Part shown: in pieces, positions 12,015-29,935 of the stretch
How the letters are laid out: every line of letters starts with the position of its first letter
Position numbering within the stretch: the first letter of the stretch is position 1
Made by a program: the position numbers and the translations under genes
NCBI RefSeq assembly: GCF_009914755.1
Contig: NC_060931.1
Source: the human T2T-CHM13v2.0 reference genome, Homo sapiens
DNA: 64,000 nt
Direction: 5' to 3' (one strand)
Notes under the pieces: generated by a model
What the model was told of the DNA's origin: nothing
Databases searched by the model: none
The model's input: the letters and a program-made list of their open reading frames with translations, nothing else

Positions 12015-12539
12015 CCTGCCACTCTAGGGTTTACCATTGAGTAAAGGTCATATTCCTGACCTTTCATCTTTTCATATCTCCTTCAAACTGTATGCTTATC
12101 TTAGGGCAGGCACAAGATTTAATAGATTTTATTCATTTCATTGGTGCACAGAGAATTTGTAGTTATCAGAATTTTGGTTTCAAGGGTCCTCCTCCTGTTC
12201 AATTAGTTTTCTTACAACTAAAGTATCTGGCCAGGGACACATCTCAGATATTGCAGAGATTTAGATGATACATGTCTCGCTATATCACGTCAAAGCTTCT
12301 TTCCTATGTTGTTTAGAATTTTAAGATGACACTAACTTAGGACTCACTGAACAAATATTTAATAAACATTTATGGTACAAATATATGGAAAAATAAAAGG
12401 AAAAAGGAAACTGATGAAAAAATAAGCAAGAGACATGTTATTTTTAAAATACTTTATCCACTTCAATTTTATAAACTACTTGTATTTAACTACAACACTT
12501 CAAATCAGCATGATTCCCCTCCCTGTCTTTTTCACTTAT

Positions 12540-13300
12540 TCATTTAAAGACAAAATGTAAAGGCAAATTATAACCTGAAAAAATTTGAGACATTTATGAC
12601 AAAATCTTATTCTTCACACACAAGTAGCTATTTCAAACCCAAAAGAAAACAACCTGATGGAAAATATAATGAACAGGAAATTTTCATACTCAAAGAAAGT
12701 ATTAAAAATGGCCAATGAACATGTTAGAAAATGATAAGACTCTGTAGTAAACAAAAAGTGTAATCAGTCACAACTTCTCTAATTGGACCAAAAATACGAA
12801 TTTTAAAAGAATAATTAGTGTTGTGACAAAGTAAAATGGTTGTTCCCATAAATACTATTGGAAATGTAAATGATAACATTTAAAATATATATTTAGCAAT
12901 CTTCATCAAGAGTATTAAAAATGTGTATACACTTTGACTCAGGAATTTTTTCTCATTTTTATTCTAATACAATTTTTCATTTATGATTCAGAGTTTAAAT
13001 ATAGAAATGTGTATAACAGTGTTATTTAAAAAAATAAAAATCAGCCTAAGTTTCCAATTAAAGTCTAATGTTGAGATAAAGAATGGTAAAACTATAAAAT
13101 ACAATAATTTAGTCATTAAAATTTACATTTTAAAATCATGTGTTATCTAGCTATAACAATTCAAAAATATTTTTAAAGCCATACATGTTTTATTTATGCA
13201 TATAAACAAAATAATCTTCATATTCTTTAACAGTATGAATATAAAGAACACTGTAAGAAGTTACACACTCATTAGTGCATTAGATGGTGATTATAATTTC
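12540..13300 (+). mobile_element. Highly diverged L1ME-type 3' fragment
   Basis: Motifs such as AAAATGGCCAATGAACATGTTAGAAAATG and ACTATTGGAAATGTAAATG. Confidence 0.45.
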
Positions 13301-13525
13301 CTTTTCTCTTCTATACATTCTGTACTTTTCAACTTGTGAACAAAAAACGTGATTTTTAATTAAAAAATGTCATGTAACTGAAACAAAAAATAAAAAGCAC
13401 AGCAATCTGGAATTGTTTAATGTTGGTGGAAAAATGTCTATGAATCTCAATATCTCATGAGAACTTCATTATATTAAAATGTAATTCAAAATTTAAGTTA
13501 ATGATAATGCTTGAAAATTAAAGTT

Positions 13526-16519
13526 TTCTATTTTTATTATTAAAATTTTTATTAGTTTTTTATTTTATTTTTATTTATATTTTTATTTATTAACTTCTAT
13601 TATAGGTTCAGGGGTACACGTGCAGGTTTGTTATACAGGCAAATTGCATATCATGGGAATTTGTTGTATAGATTATTTCATCACCCAGGTAATAAGCATA
13701 GTGCCCAATAGCTAGTTTTTTGATCCTTTCCCTCCTTCCACCATTCACCCTCAAGTAGGTGCTGGTGTCTGTTGTTCCCTTCTTTGTTTCCATGTGTATT
13801 CAATTTTTGTCTTCCATTTATAAGTGAGAACATGCAATATTTGGTTTTGTGTTCCTGTGTTAGTTCACTTAGGATAATGGCTTCTAGCTCCATCTATGTT
13901 GATGCAAAGGATATGATCTCATTGTTTTTCATGGCTGTGTAGTGTTCCATGGTGTGTGTGTACCACATTTGCTTTATCCAGTCCACCACTGATAGGCATA
14001 TATAGGTAGATTCCATGTTTTTAATATTATTAATAGTGTTGTGATAAAGATATGCATGCAGATGTATTTATGGTAGAACAATTTATATTCCTTTGGGCAT
14101 ATACCCAATAATGGGATTGCTGGATCAAAGAGTATGTCTGTTTTAACTTCTTCAAAAAATCTCCAAACTGAATTACACAATGGCTGAACTATTTACATTT
14201 CCACCAGAAGTGTATAAACATTCTCTTTTCTCCACAACCTTACCAGCATCAGTTATTTTTTGACATTTTAGTAATAGCCATTCTGACTGGTGTGAGATAG
14301 TATCTTATTGTAGTTTTGATATGTATTTCTCTACTGATTTTTATCTTGAGTATTTTTTATATGCTTGTTGGCTGCTTATGTCTCTTCTTTTGAAAAGTAT
14401 CTGTTCATATACTCAGCCCAATTTTTAATGTGATTGTTTATTTGCTTCTTCATTTGTGTATGTTCCTTATAGATTCTGGATATAAGACCTTTGTCAGATG
14501 CATACTTTGCAAATATTTTCTCTCATTCTACAGGTTGTCTGTTTACTCTGTTTATAGTTTCTTTTGTTGTGAAGAAGCTCTTTTGTTAATGAGGTCTCAT
14601 TTGTCAACTTTTGTTTTTGTTGAAATTGCTTTTGATGTCTTCATCATGAAATTTTTGCTAGGTTCTATGTCCAGAATAGTATTTCCAGGGTTTTAATAGT
14701 TTGAGGTTTTCTATTTAAGTTTCTGACCATCTTGCATTAATTTTACGGTGTAAGAAGGGGGTCTGGTTTCAATCTGCATATGTCTAGCCAGTTATCACAT
14801 CATTTATTAAATGGAGAGTTCTTTCGCCATTGATTGCTTTTGTTAACTTTGTCAAACATTAGATGGTTGTAGGTATGTGGCATTATTTCTGGACTCTCTA
14901 TTCTGTTCCATTCGTTCATGTTCTGTTTCAGTACCAGTATCATGCTGTTTTGGTTACTGAAAACTTACACTTTGAAGTTGGGTAACATGATGCATTTAGC
15001 TTTGTTATTTTTGCTTAGGATTGCCTTAGCTATTTGGGCTCATTTTTGGTTCCATATGAATTAATTTTTTTTCTAATTCTATAAAGAATGTCATTGGTAA
15101 TTTAATAGAAATAGCATTGAATCTGTAAATTGCTTTGGGCAATATGGCCATTTTAACAATATTGATTCTATCTATGGACATGGAACATTTTTCTTTCTTT
15201 GTTTGTGTCATCTCTGATTTCTTTGAGCAGAATTTTGTAGTTCTTGTTTTAAAGATGTTTCACCTCTCTGGTTAGTTGTATTCCTAGGTATTTTATTCTT
15301 TTTATGGCTATTGTGAATGGGATTGCATTCTTGATTTGACTCTCAGCTTGGAAATTCTTGTTGTATAGGAATGCTACTGATTTTTGTGCATTGATTTTGT
15401 ATCCTGAGGCTTTGGTGAAGTTGTTTATCAGATCAAGGAACTTTTGGGCAGAAACTATGGAGATTTCTAGGTGTAGAATCATATCATCTGCAAAAAGATA
15501 GTTTGATATCCTCTCTTCCTAGTTAAATGCCCTTTATTTCTTCCTCTGGCCCGATCGCTCTGGCTAGGACTTCCAGTATGTTGAATGGGAGTGGAGAGAG
15601 AGGAAATTTTTGTCTTGCTCTGGTTTTCAAGGGGAATGCTTCCAGCTTTTGCCCACTCAGGATGATGTTGGCCATGGGTATTTCATAGATGGCTCTTATT
15701 ATTTTGTGGTACATTCCCTGAATGCCTAGTTTGTTATGAATTTTTAACACGAAGGGACCTAATTATTAAAAGCCTTTTCTTCTTCTATTGAGATGATCAT
15801 GTGCTCTTTGTTTTTAGTTCTATTTGATGAATCATGTTTATTGGTTTACATATGTTGATCCAACCTTACATCCAAGGGATAAAGTCTGCTTGATCAAGGT
15901 GAACTTATTTTTTAATGTGCTGTTGGATTTGGTTTGCTAGTATATTGTTGAGGATTTTTGTATTGATGTTCATCAAGGATATTGGCCCTGAAATTTTCTC
16001 TTTTTGTTGTGTTTCTGCCAGATTTTGATATCAGAATGATTTAGGCCTCATAGAATGAGTTAAGGAGGAGTCCCTTCTCCTTGATTTTTTGTTATAGTTT
16101 CAGTAGTTTCCAGTTCTTTATGCATTTTGTAAAATTCAGCTGTCATTCCATCTGGTTCAGTGCTTTTTCTGGTTGGTAGGCTTTTTATTGCTGATTCAGC
16201 TTCAAAACTCATTACTGGTCTGCTCAGGGATTCAAATTCTTCATGACTCAATCTTAGGAGGTTGCATGTTTCCAGGAATTTATCAATTTCTTCTAGGTTT
16301 TATAGCTTGTGTGCATATACATGTTCATAGTAGTCTCTGTTTTTTTAAATATTTCTGTAGCATCAGTGGTAACATCCCTTTGTTATTTCTAATTGTGTTT
16401 ATTTGGATCTTCCCTCTTTTTTTATTAGTCTAACTCACAGTCTATCTATCTTACTTGTTCTTTCAAAGAACAAACTCCTAGCTTCATTGATCTTTTGACT
16501 CTGAATTTTCTTCAGTTCA
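13526..16519 (-). mobile_element. Older primate L1 (L1PA13-16-like): 3' non-inverted part (ORF2 remnant, 3'UTR, A-rich tail)
   Basis: The ORF track gives degenerate ORF2 peptides ([35 protein letters not shown]). The T-rich tail lies at 13526-13590. Confidence 0.9.
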
Positions 16520-18915
<2,396 letters not shown>

Positions 18916-19699
18916 TGGAAATTAAGGTTATATTGTGTTTAATTTGCCTAGTTTAAGAAGCCAGGGAAATAAATGAAAAGTTTTAAAAATTTTCTTTATT
19001 AGAAATCTTTAAGCTTTAAAAAATATGTATTCTTTTGCCATTAAGGAAGGATAAAGAATATGGACAATCCAATAATGTTTAAAGCTCATTCCTCCACTGA
19101 CAGGCTGTAACTCTGTTAGATCATATGCCATAGGGTTAAATACTCATAAAGTTTCTGCAGATTTCAATGAAAGCTTTTTATGCTCAGCCAATACTATGTT
19201 CTCTTAGCACATATGCCAACTACTGGGAGTAAATAAGAAACACAGAAGTACTATTGACGTTTTTTCAGGTAATTGATACATGATAAAAATAATTATTTTA
19301 TTTAACTTTCTACATATTCAATTAGCAAAATCCCAAAAAAATAAAACTTTTGCATTTCCTTGATAACTTAGGAATGGTTCTTAGTCTAGATCTTTGTACG
19401 TAGCCAATGGTGCTTAAAAGCTGTAGTTTTATTGATGGACTTGACAGTTTTATTGTCTATAATTGTAGAAAATTTAAATAAGCAGGTCAGATTTATTTGG
19501 AGAAGCCTAGGTTAGGAGATAGATACTATATAATGCAAAAACAAGTTTGATTAAAATATTTTTTCTTTTGAGTTATTCTAATTAGTAAATGCACACCTAC
19601 ACATCAGATCTTAATGGGGTGATATAGTGGGCTCAGACCCTAAAAACATATTCTGAGAAGTGCAGGATAAGACCGATTCATGAAACAATATTGAATATA

Positions 19700-20350
19700 A
19701 GCAAGATGTAGTATTTATGGAGTGCTTACTATGTAGCAGATACTATTCTAAAAATGGAGGATAACACATAAGATAGAAAATGTTTCCTAGGCAGTTTTCA
19801 TTCTGTGGGTGATTCATGCAACAAAAAAGTAAAGAAATAATTTATGATGTAATTTCAGATGGCAAAGTAAATTAAACCAAAGTATGAGAATGAAGAAGTG
19901 ATAGATGATTATTTTAGATAGAACATCAAGCAGGTGACACATGATCAGAGATAATTCAATGAAGTGAGTGTGTGAACCATAGGAAGAATTGAGGAAAAAA
20001 GATGGCAGGCAAAGGACCGAAAGGAGTATTGAGTATTTCTAAAATGGGTAAAACTTTATGAGTTTGGGGGAAAGTAGTTGAAAATGAGATTGAATAAATA
20101 GGCAGAGATTAGATTATTTAAGGCCATTTGACCATGATAATGTTTTAGTTAATTCTAAGTAGGTAGATTAGAGGGTTTTGAGAAGAGGAGTAGTACTATC
20201 TGATTTACATTTTAATTAAATCAGTCTGCTAATCTGCTGGCTGTAGATATAACTGTAGTGAGATGGAGTGGGTTTAGGTGCAATAGGAGTCTACTACAAT
20301 TATAAGGCAAGTCTTGGACTACAAATGCAGTATTGGAAGTGGTGAGAAGT
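19700..20350 (-). mobile_element. L2 LINE remnant
   Basis: Antisense L2 3'-end motif ATTTATGGAGTGCTTACTATGT followed by purine-rich L2-like body. Confidence 0.55.
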
Positions 20351-21136
20351 GCATTTTGACAATATCATACAATGAAGAATCTGAATTTTTAAAAAAATAT
20401 ATAGTATTCAACTGCATTCTTCTTATATAGTGTTGGATTGAAAACACTGAAACCATGTCAAAGAACTGAACAGGAGATAATTAGGAAGAGTGGCTCTTGT
20501 AATAGCCTAAGGCAAAGATTTGTACTAATGTGTAATTGCTTTGCAGCATAGTCAATGTGTTACACATGTGCCAGCAAATATTTGCCTTCTCAGTCTTTAC
20601 AGTGGTTTGTGGGGTGGAGTGTAGTGTGAATGAAGACCCTCCTTCATCACCTTATCACCTTTCCCATACCTACTGATGGATACTTCCCACTGTGGGTTGC
20701 AATCTACAGTCACCACAGGCAGCAGAGTATTCAGTATTACCTAGTATTTACTGCTATCCTCTGTGGTACTGAGCATTGCCAAGAAGGTGCTCTGTCTTTT
20801 GGGAATCTATTTAAGTAACCAGCTACAAACATACTTCATGGAGAAAAGTGGCCTGTGACAGAATGCTAAGGGGACTAAGAATCACTGAAGCACCATAAGG
20901 TGATAGAGTCAAATGTACAAAAGGAGGAGGTGGCCAGGTAAAGTTATCTGGAGGGTGTATCTTAGGGGTAGTGCTGAAGCTCTGTCTTCCCATTTACTGG
21001 AAAATTATTATGTGACCTTTGTGCCCTTTTAGTGTTATGCAAGCCAGTTGCAAGCAGTTTTCCAACTAGAGATCATTATTGGGAAACATTTGATACCAAA
21101 AAATCAGCTTGAATTTGAAGAGCATTCACATTATCA

Positions 21137-24362
<3,226 letters not shown>

Positions 24363-24727
24363 TTCACTTTGGAAAATCAGCCCAAAGCATTGTTAACTTC
24401 CATTCCTTCACTGTTCACTACACATATTCAGACATAGGCTTCAAATTTTTCCTTAAGGAATACCAGCAGGTGATTGATAACTGGAAAAAATAACCATATC
24501 TATAAGAATAAATCAAACTCATCGCCATCCTGCATGTGCAGTCTGCCACAGTTATTTGAGCAATGTCATGTAACAATATAATCTATATATTGAGCCCCCA
24601 GAATTCAAATTAACATCAGTGAAATCATAGTTAATTGCTTAAAATCTACACTCTTGTCGACATAATTATATTTTACTAACATGAAAAGTATTTATTGCAT
24701 TGAATAAAATTTGTAAATTGAAAAAAA
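24363..24727 (+). other. L1 3' transduction (unique-looking DNA with its own poly(A) signal and tail)
   Basis: Lies between the L1 A-tail and the 3' TSD. AATAAA at 24703-24708, A-run at 24721-24727, TSD 21138-21152 / 24726-24740. Confidence 0.8.
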
Positions 24728-25313
24728 GAAATTTAAAAATTACATTTGTAGGAATAGTGATGTCAGCAAGATGGTGGAATAAGAGGTTCCCATCTCACAT
24801 GTGTCCTTTCAAGGTATGATCTGATAGCCATCCAAAGATAAAAGTGCCTTTGTGGAAGATTTGGGATCCAGTTATCAGGCTGCAAAATCTAGGAGGTTGT
24901 AAAGGCAAAACCTGAGGAAAGCTTCTTTTTTTTCTTTTCTTTTTGGTCACAAGGAACAAAGTAGTTTATTCTATAATGATACAAAAGTCAATTCAATAGG
25001 AAGGTATAACATTGTAAATATATTTGCACCCAATATATAAACATCTAAACATCTAAAGCAAACTGAAGAGAGAAATAGATAGTAATACAACAATGATAGG
25101 GGACTTTAGTAACTCACTTTCTGTGATTAACAGATAATCCAGACACAAAATCAGCAAGAAAATAGCAGGCCTGAACAACACTATACAGCAAATGGACCTA
25201 ACAGACATATACGGAACTTTCCACCCAATAACAAAGAATACAGTTTTCTCAAGTGCACATGGGACGTTATCCAGGATAGCTCACATGCTAATTCCAAAAA
25301 AGTCTTAACCAAC

Positions 25314-25886
25314 TGAAGCGTCTACATTGTCCGGGATAAATACCCGGGTTTCATCGTCTCGCACCAGGAAAATTTAGGACATAGACACACAAGGAGTTTA
25401 GGAGTGGAAGTTTAATAGGCAAGAGAAAGAAAAAGAAAGAAAAACAGCCCTCTCTCTAGTGAGAGAGAGGAGACTTACGAGAGGAAAACACCGGCCAGAG
25501 GTGAATGTGCCAGATTTTAGAGTCAGACTTGAGGAGGTGATGTCTGATTTACAGAGGGCTCACAGATTGGTTCTTTACATAGCACATGGGAAAGGCTGGC
25601 CACATCACCCTAATTTTATTATGCAAATGAAATTTCCCCTTGGCTGGCACCACCTTGTCTGCTCCTTACTGCACGTGGGACTGATAAAGAGAAGGGAAGA
25701 AGGAGTCGCCATCTTGAACGTGATTGGCACAACTGCCAGCATCTATGCCTGCAGCACGATTTTACAGGCTGCTCTTTGTTAGAAAGGAAAATAATTTGGG
25801 ACTGCTTTTTACTAAAAAGAAAACCTTACCAAAGACTTCTTACCCTCACTAACTGCCTAAGTAATTTCTTCTTAACTTCTGTATCA
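25314..25886 (-). mobile_element. ERV1-class solo LTR (LTR9/MER61-like group; subfamily uncertain)
   Basis: TG...CA termini, 573 bp, 4-bp flanks CAAC/CAAT; interrupts L1 EN sequence. Confidence 0.75.
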
Positions 25887-26986
25887 CAATGACAGTATAT
25901 ATTCAAATATTTTTTTCTGACCAAAATGGAATGAAATTAGAAATCAGTTACAGTAAGAAAGTGGGAAAAATCACAAATACATGGACTCAAAACAACACAC
26001 TCTTGAAGAACCATTGGGTCAAATGGAAAATCGAAAGAGAAATTAAAAAATACCTTGAGACCAACAAAAATGAAAACACACCATACCAAAACCTATGAGA
26101 TTCAGTAAAAGTACTACTAAAATGGAAGCTTAGAGCAATAAATATCCACATTAAAAAAGTAGAAAGATCTCTAATAACCTAACTTTACCCCTCAAAGAAC
26201 TAGAAAAAAAGAAGAAACTGATCCAAAAGTAGCAGAAGAGAGGAAATAATACAGACTTTAGCAGTAATAAATCATAGACTTCAGCAGTAATAAATCATAG
26301 AGACTAGAAAAACATTAGAAAACATCAATAAAACTAAGAGTTAGTTTTGGAAACAAATAAACAAAATCAACTAGACTAGCTATCTTGACAAAGGAAAAGG
26401 CAGAGAAAACTCAAAATGAAATCAGAAATGAGAGGCGATATTATAATGGCTGTCTCAGAACTAAAAAGGACCACAAGGGACTATTATACTCAATTATATG
26501 CCAACAAATTGGAAATCAAGAAGGAGTAGACAAATGCTTATAAACATATTACTTATAAAAGGGGAATCAAGGATAACTAAAAAGCCTGAATTGCACAACA
26601 AGTAAAAAGGAGATTGAATCAGTAATCAAGAACCTCCCAACAAAGAAAAGCCTGGGACCAGATAGCTATACGGGTGAATTCTACCAAACAGTCAAAGAAT
26701 CTATACCAATACTTCCTAAACTCCTGAAAAAGTAGAAGAGAATGCCTCCAAACTAATTTCCTTAGTTTTGATACTATTACCCTGATATCAAAACCAGATA
26801 AATATACTGCAAGAAAAAACTGCAAGCAAATATCCTTGATGAACATAGATGCAAAAATGCTAAATCAAGCACTAGCAAACCAAATTTTACAACACATTTA
26901 AAGATTTATAAACCATGACCAGTTGGATTTATCTCTGGGATGCAAGAATGGTTCAATATACACAAATCAATCAATGTGAAAACATT

Positions 26987-27936
26987 TGTTAAAAGAAAAT
27001 TGAGGCACAATAAACATTTTAAAGAGTTTGAGCAAACGATGATTTCTGAATCAGAAAAAAAACTGAAGGAAGTCAGGCTTTTATGGGATGAATGCAGAAG
27101 TAAAACAAAGATAATATTTGATTGGTTACAGTTATAAAGTTTCCCTATTTTGTCTTTCCCACTAGAAAGTACCTAGTTATATAACTGTAAATTTAGTTGG
27201 CTGCTTCTGATCGGCTGAGCTAGAAAAGTTTTCTTTTTCTCCAATAGAAACATTTATGAAAAGTGGTTGTTATGGTTAATATTGTCAACTTTATTGAACT
27301 GAAGGATGCAAAGTATTGTTCCTGGATGTATCTGTGAGGGTGTTGCCAAAGGAGATTAACATTTGTGTTAGTGGACTGGGAGAGGCAGACCCACCCTCAA
27401 TGTGGGTGGGCACCATCTAATCAGCTGCCAAGATAGCTAGAATAAACCAGGCATAAGAATGTGGAAAGAGGAGACTTGCTGAGTCTTCTGGCCGCCATCT
27501 TTCTCCCGTGCTAGATGCTTCCTGCCCTCAGACTTCGAACTCCAAGTTCTTCAGCTTTTGAACTCTTGGACTTACATCAGTGGTTTTCCAGAGGCTCTCC
27601 AGCCTTCAGCCACAGACTGAAGGCTGCATCGTCCACTTCCCTGCTTTTGAGATTTTGGGACTTGGACTGACTTCCTTGCTCCTCAGCTTGCAGATGGCCT
27701 TTTGTGGGACTTCACTTTGTGATCCTGTGAGTCAGTACTCCTTAATAAACTCTCCTTCATAGATACATTTACCCTTTTAGTTCTGTCCTTCTGGGAAACC
27801 CTGACTAATATAGTGGTCCAAGTTGTTCTACTTTTGTTTGCAATTTAAACAAGGTTAAGGTTAATTTCAATGCTTAAGTGGCTTTGTCTTATCAGCGATT
27901 TTTCAAGGTCTGGTTTCCATTTTAATTTGCTTTACA
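26987..27936 (-). mobile_element. ERV1-class solo LTR (LTR37-like), split by MLT2A
   Basis: TG...CA ends; minus strand begins TGTAAAGCAAATTAAAATGGAAACCAG; host L1 sequence resumes on both sides. Confidence 0.6.
27268..27812 (+). mobile_element. MLT2A (HERV-L) solo LTR
   Basis: MLT2A motifs GAAGGATGCAAAGTATTGTTCCTGG and CCTTAATAAACTC; perfect 5-bp TSD GTGGT at 27263-67 / 27813-17. Confidence 0.88.
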
Positions 27937-28504
27937 CACCACATTAACAAAATGAAAGGGGGAAAAAACCCACAATCATCTTTATCTTTACAGAAAAAAA
28001 CCTTTGACAAAGTTCAATATTCATTCATAATTAGAACTCTGAACAAACTAGGCAGGGCCCAGGGAGTTGGAAGGACACCTGATGGAACTGTTATGTATGA
28101 TTGCTGGTACAGGTTCTTGGAAGTATCAAAAGGTTTCAATGGCTGAGAGATGAATTGATGCTGTGAGCAATCAGGGAATAGGCTTAAAATGAACCACATG
28201 GATTTAAAGGACCCTTTCTCTACCATTGTTTGGCATCAGAATTAAGCCCCATAGGAAATGAGTATTTTGTCAATTCTCCCAGGGATGGTTTATAGAAAAC
28301 ACCATTTAGAAACATAGGAGAAAAGTTAACTCATTATATACAATGAATTCCTTAGGGCTTTAGGCCTTAACTTTTAAGGAACTCTTGGTTGAGGAGGGCT
28401 TATTAAGACGATGACCTTCTCAAAGAACAGGATGAGCCAAGAAAAACCTCATTTTCCAACTTTTTGCATTGTGAAAGCTCTTCTAAACTCTGATACAATT
28501 CTTT

Positions 28505-29935
28505 GATTTTTAGTTGACACATAATAATTGTACAAATTTATGGGATACATAGTGATATTTCAACATGTGTATACAATGTGCAATGATCAAATCAGAGAAA
28601 TTAGCATATCCATCACCTCATACATTTATAATTTCTTTGTATTGTGACTATTCAGAATCCTCTCTTCCAGCTTTTGGAAAATATATGATAAATTATAGTT
28701 AACCATATTTACCCTAGAACGTTGCAGAACACCAGAAGTTGTTCCTCATCTCTAGCTGTAATTTCGTATTGACTAACCATTCTCTCTCCATTCTCCTATC
28801 TCCACATCTTTTCCAGTGACCAGTATCCACAATTCTACTGTCTACTTTCTTGCGCTCAAAATTGTTTTTAGCTCCCAAGTATGAGTGAAAGCATGTAGTA
28901 TTTGTCTTTCTGTGCCTGACTTATTCCTCCAGTTTCATCCATGTTGCTGTAAGTGACATGATTTTATTCTTTTTTTTTAATTAGACTTTTAAGTTTTAGG
29001 GTACATGTGCACAACGTGCAGTTCTGTTATGTATGTATACATGTGCCATGTTGGTGTGCTGCACCCATTAACTCATCATTTAACATTAGTTATATCCCCT
29101 AATGCTATCCCTCCCCCCTCCCCCCACCCCACAACAGGCCCCGGTGTGTGATGTTCCACACGATTTTATTCTTTTGTGGCTGAATAGTATTCCATTGTGT
29201 ATAGCTGCCACAATTTCCTTATCCGTTTGTCTGTTGATGAACATTTATGTTGATTCCACTTATCAGCTATTGTGAATAGTGGTGCAATAAGCATGAGGGT
29301 GCAGGCATCCCTTTGATACACTGATTTCCTTTCCTTTGGATAAATATACAGTATGGGATTGCTGGATCATATAGCAGTTCTATGTTAAATTTTTCAAGAA
29401 ACCTCCATACTATTGTCCACAGTGGCTGTAATAATTTACATTCCCACCAACAGTGTATAAGAGTTCCCTTTTCTCTACATGCCCACCAGCATTTCTTATT
29501 TTTTTCCCCTTTTGCTAATAGCCATTCTAGCTGGGGTGAAATGATGTCTCATTTTGGCTTTGATTGTCATCTCCTGATGACCAGTAATACTGAATTTATG
29601 TTTCATATATTTGTTGGCCATTTGTATTTTTTCTTTGAAATTCTTTTGCTCAGTTTTAAATTGGATTACTGAGGGTTTTGTTGTTGTTGTTGAGTTGTTT
29701 GAATTCTTTGTATATTCTGGATATTAGTCCCTTGTTGGATTGAATAATTTCCAAATATCTACTCCCATTCTACAGGTTGTCTCTTCACTTTGTTGATTTT
29801 CTTTTCTGTTCTTTTTTTTTTTTTTTTTTTTTTTTTTGCTATGCAGAGATCTTTTAGTTTAATATAGTTCCATTTGCCTATTTTAATTTTTGTTGCCTGT
29901 GTTTGTTTTTGTGGAGTCTTAGCCATAACAATTTT
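28505..29935 (-). mobile_element. L1MA-type 3' end
   Basis: Antisense L1MA 3'UTR and ORF2-end motifs (CATATCCATCACCTCA, GGGATTGCTGGATCATAT). Confidence 0.8.
28971..29157 (-). mobile_element. Severely 5'-truncated L1PA4/5-like 3' tail nested in L1MA
   Basis: Young L1PA 3'UTR; 15-bp TSD ACATGATTTTATTCT / ACACGATTTTATTCT. Confidence 0.9.

Larger units (their letters stand above)
24750..28050 (+). mobile_element. Old L1 (L1M-type): 5' end plus ORF2 remnants, hosting nested LTRs
   Basis: 5'UTR-like GTCAGCAAGATGGTGGAATAAGAGG and EN/RT-like peptides (DQNGMKLEIS, QEWFNIHKSINV). Confidence 0.8.

Noticed and set aside
26253-26298. 23-bp tandem duplication inside L1
   Set aside because: A common slippage event with no sign of function.
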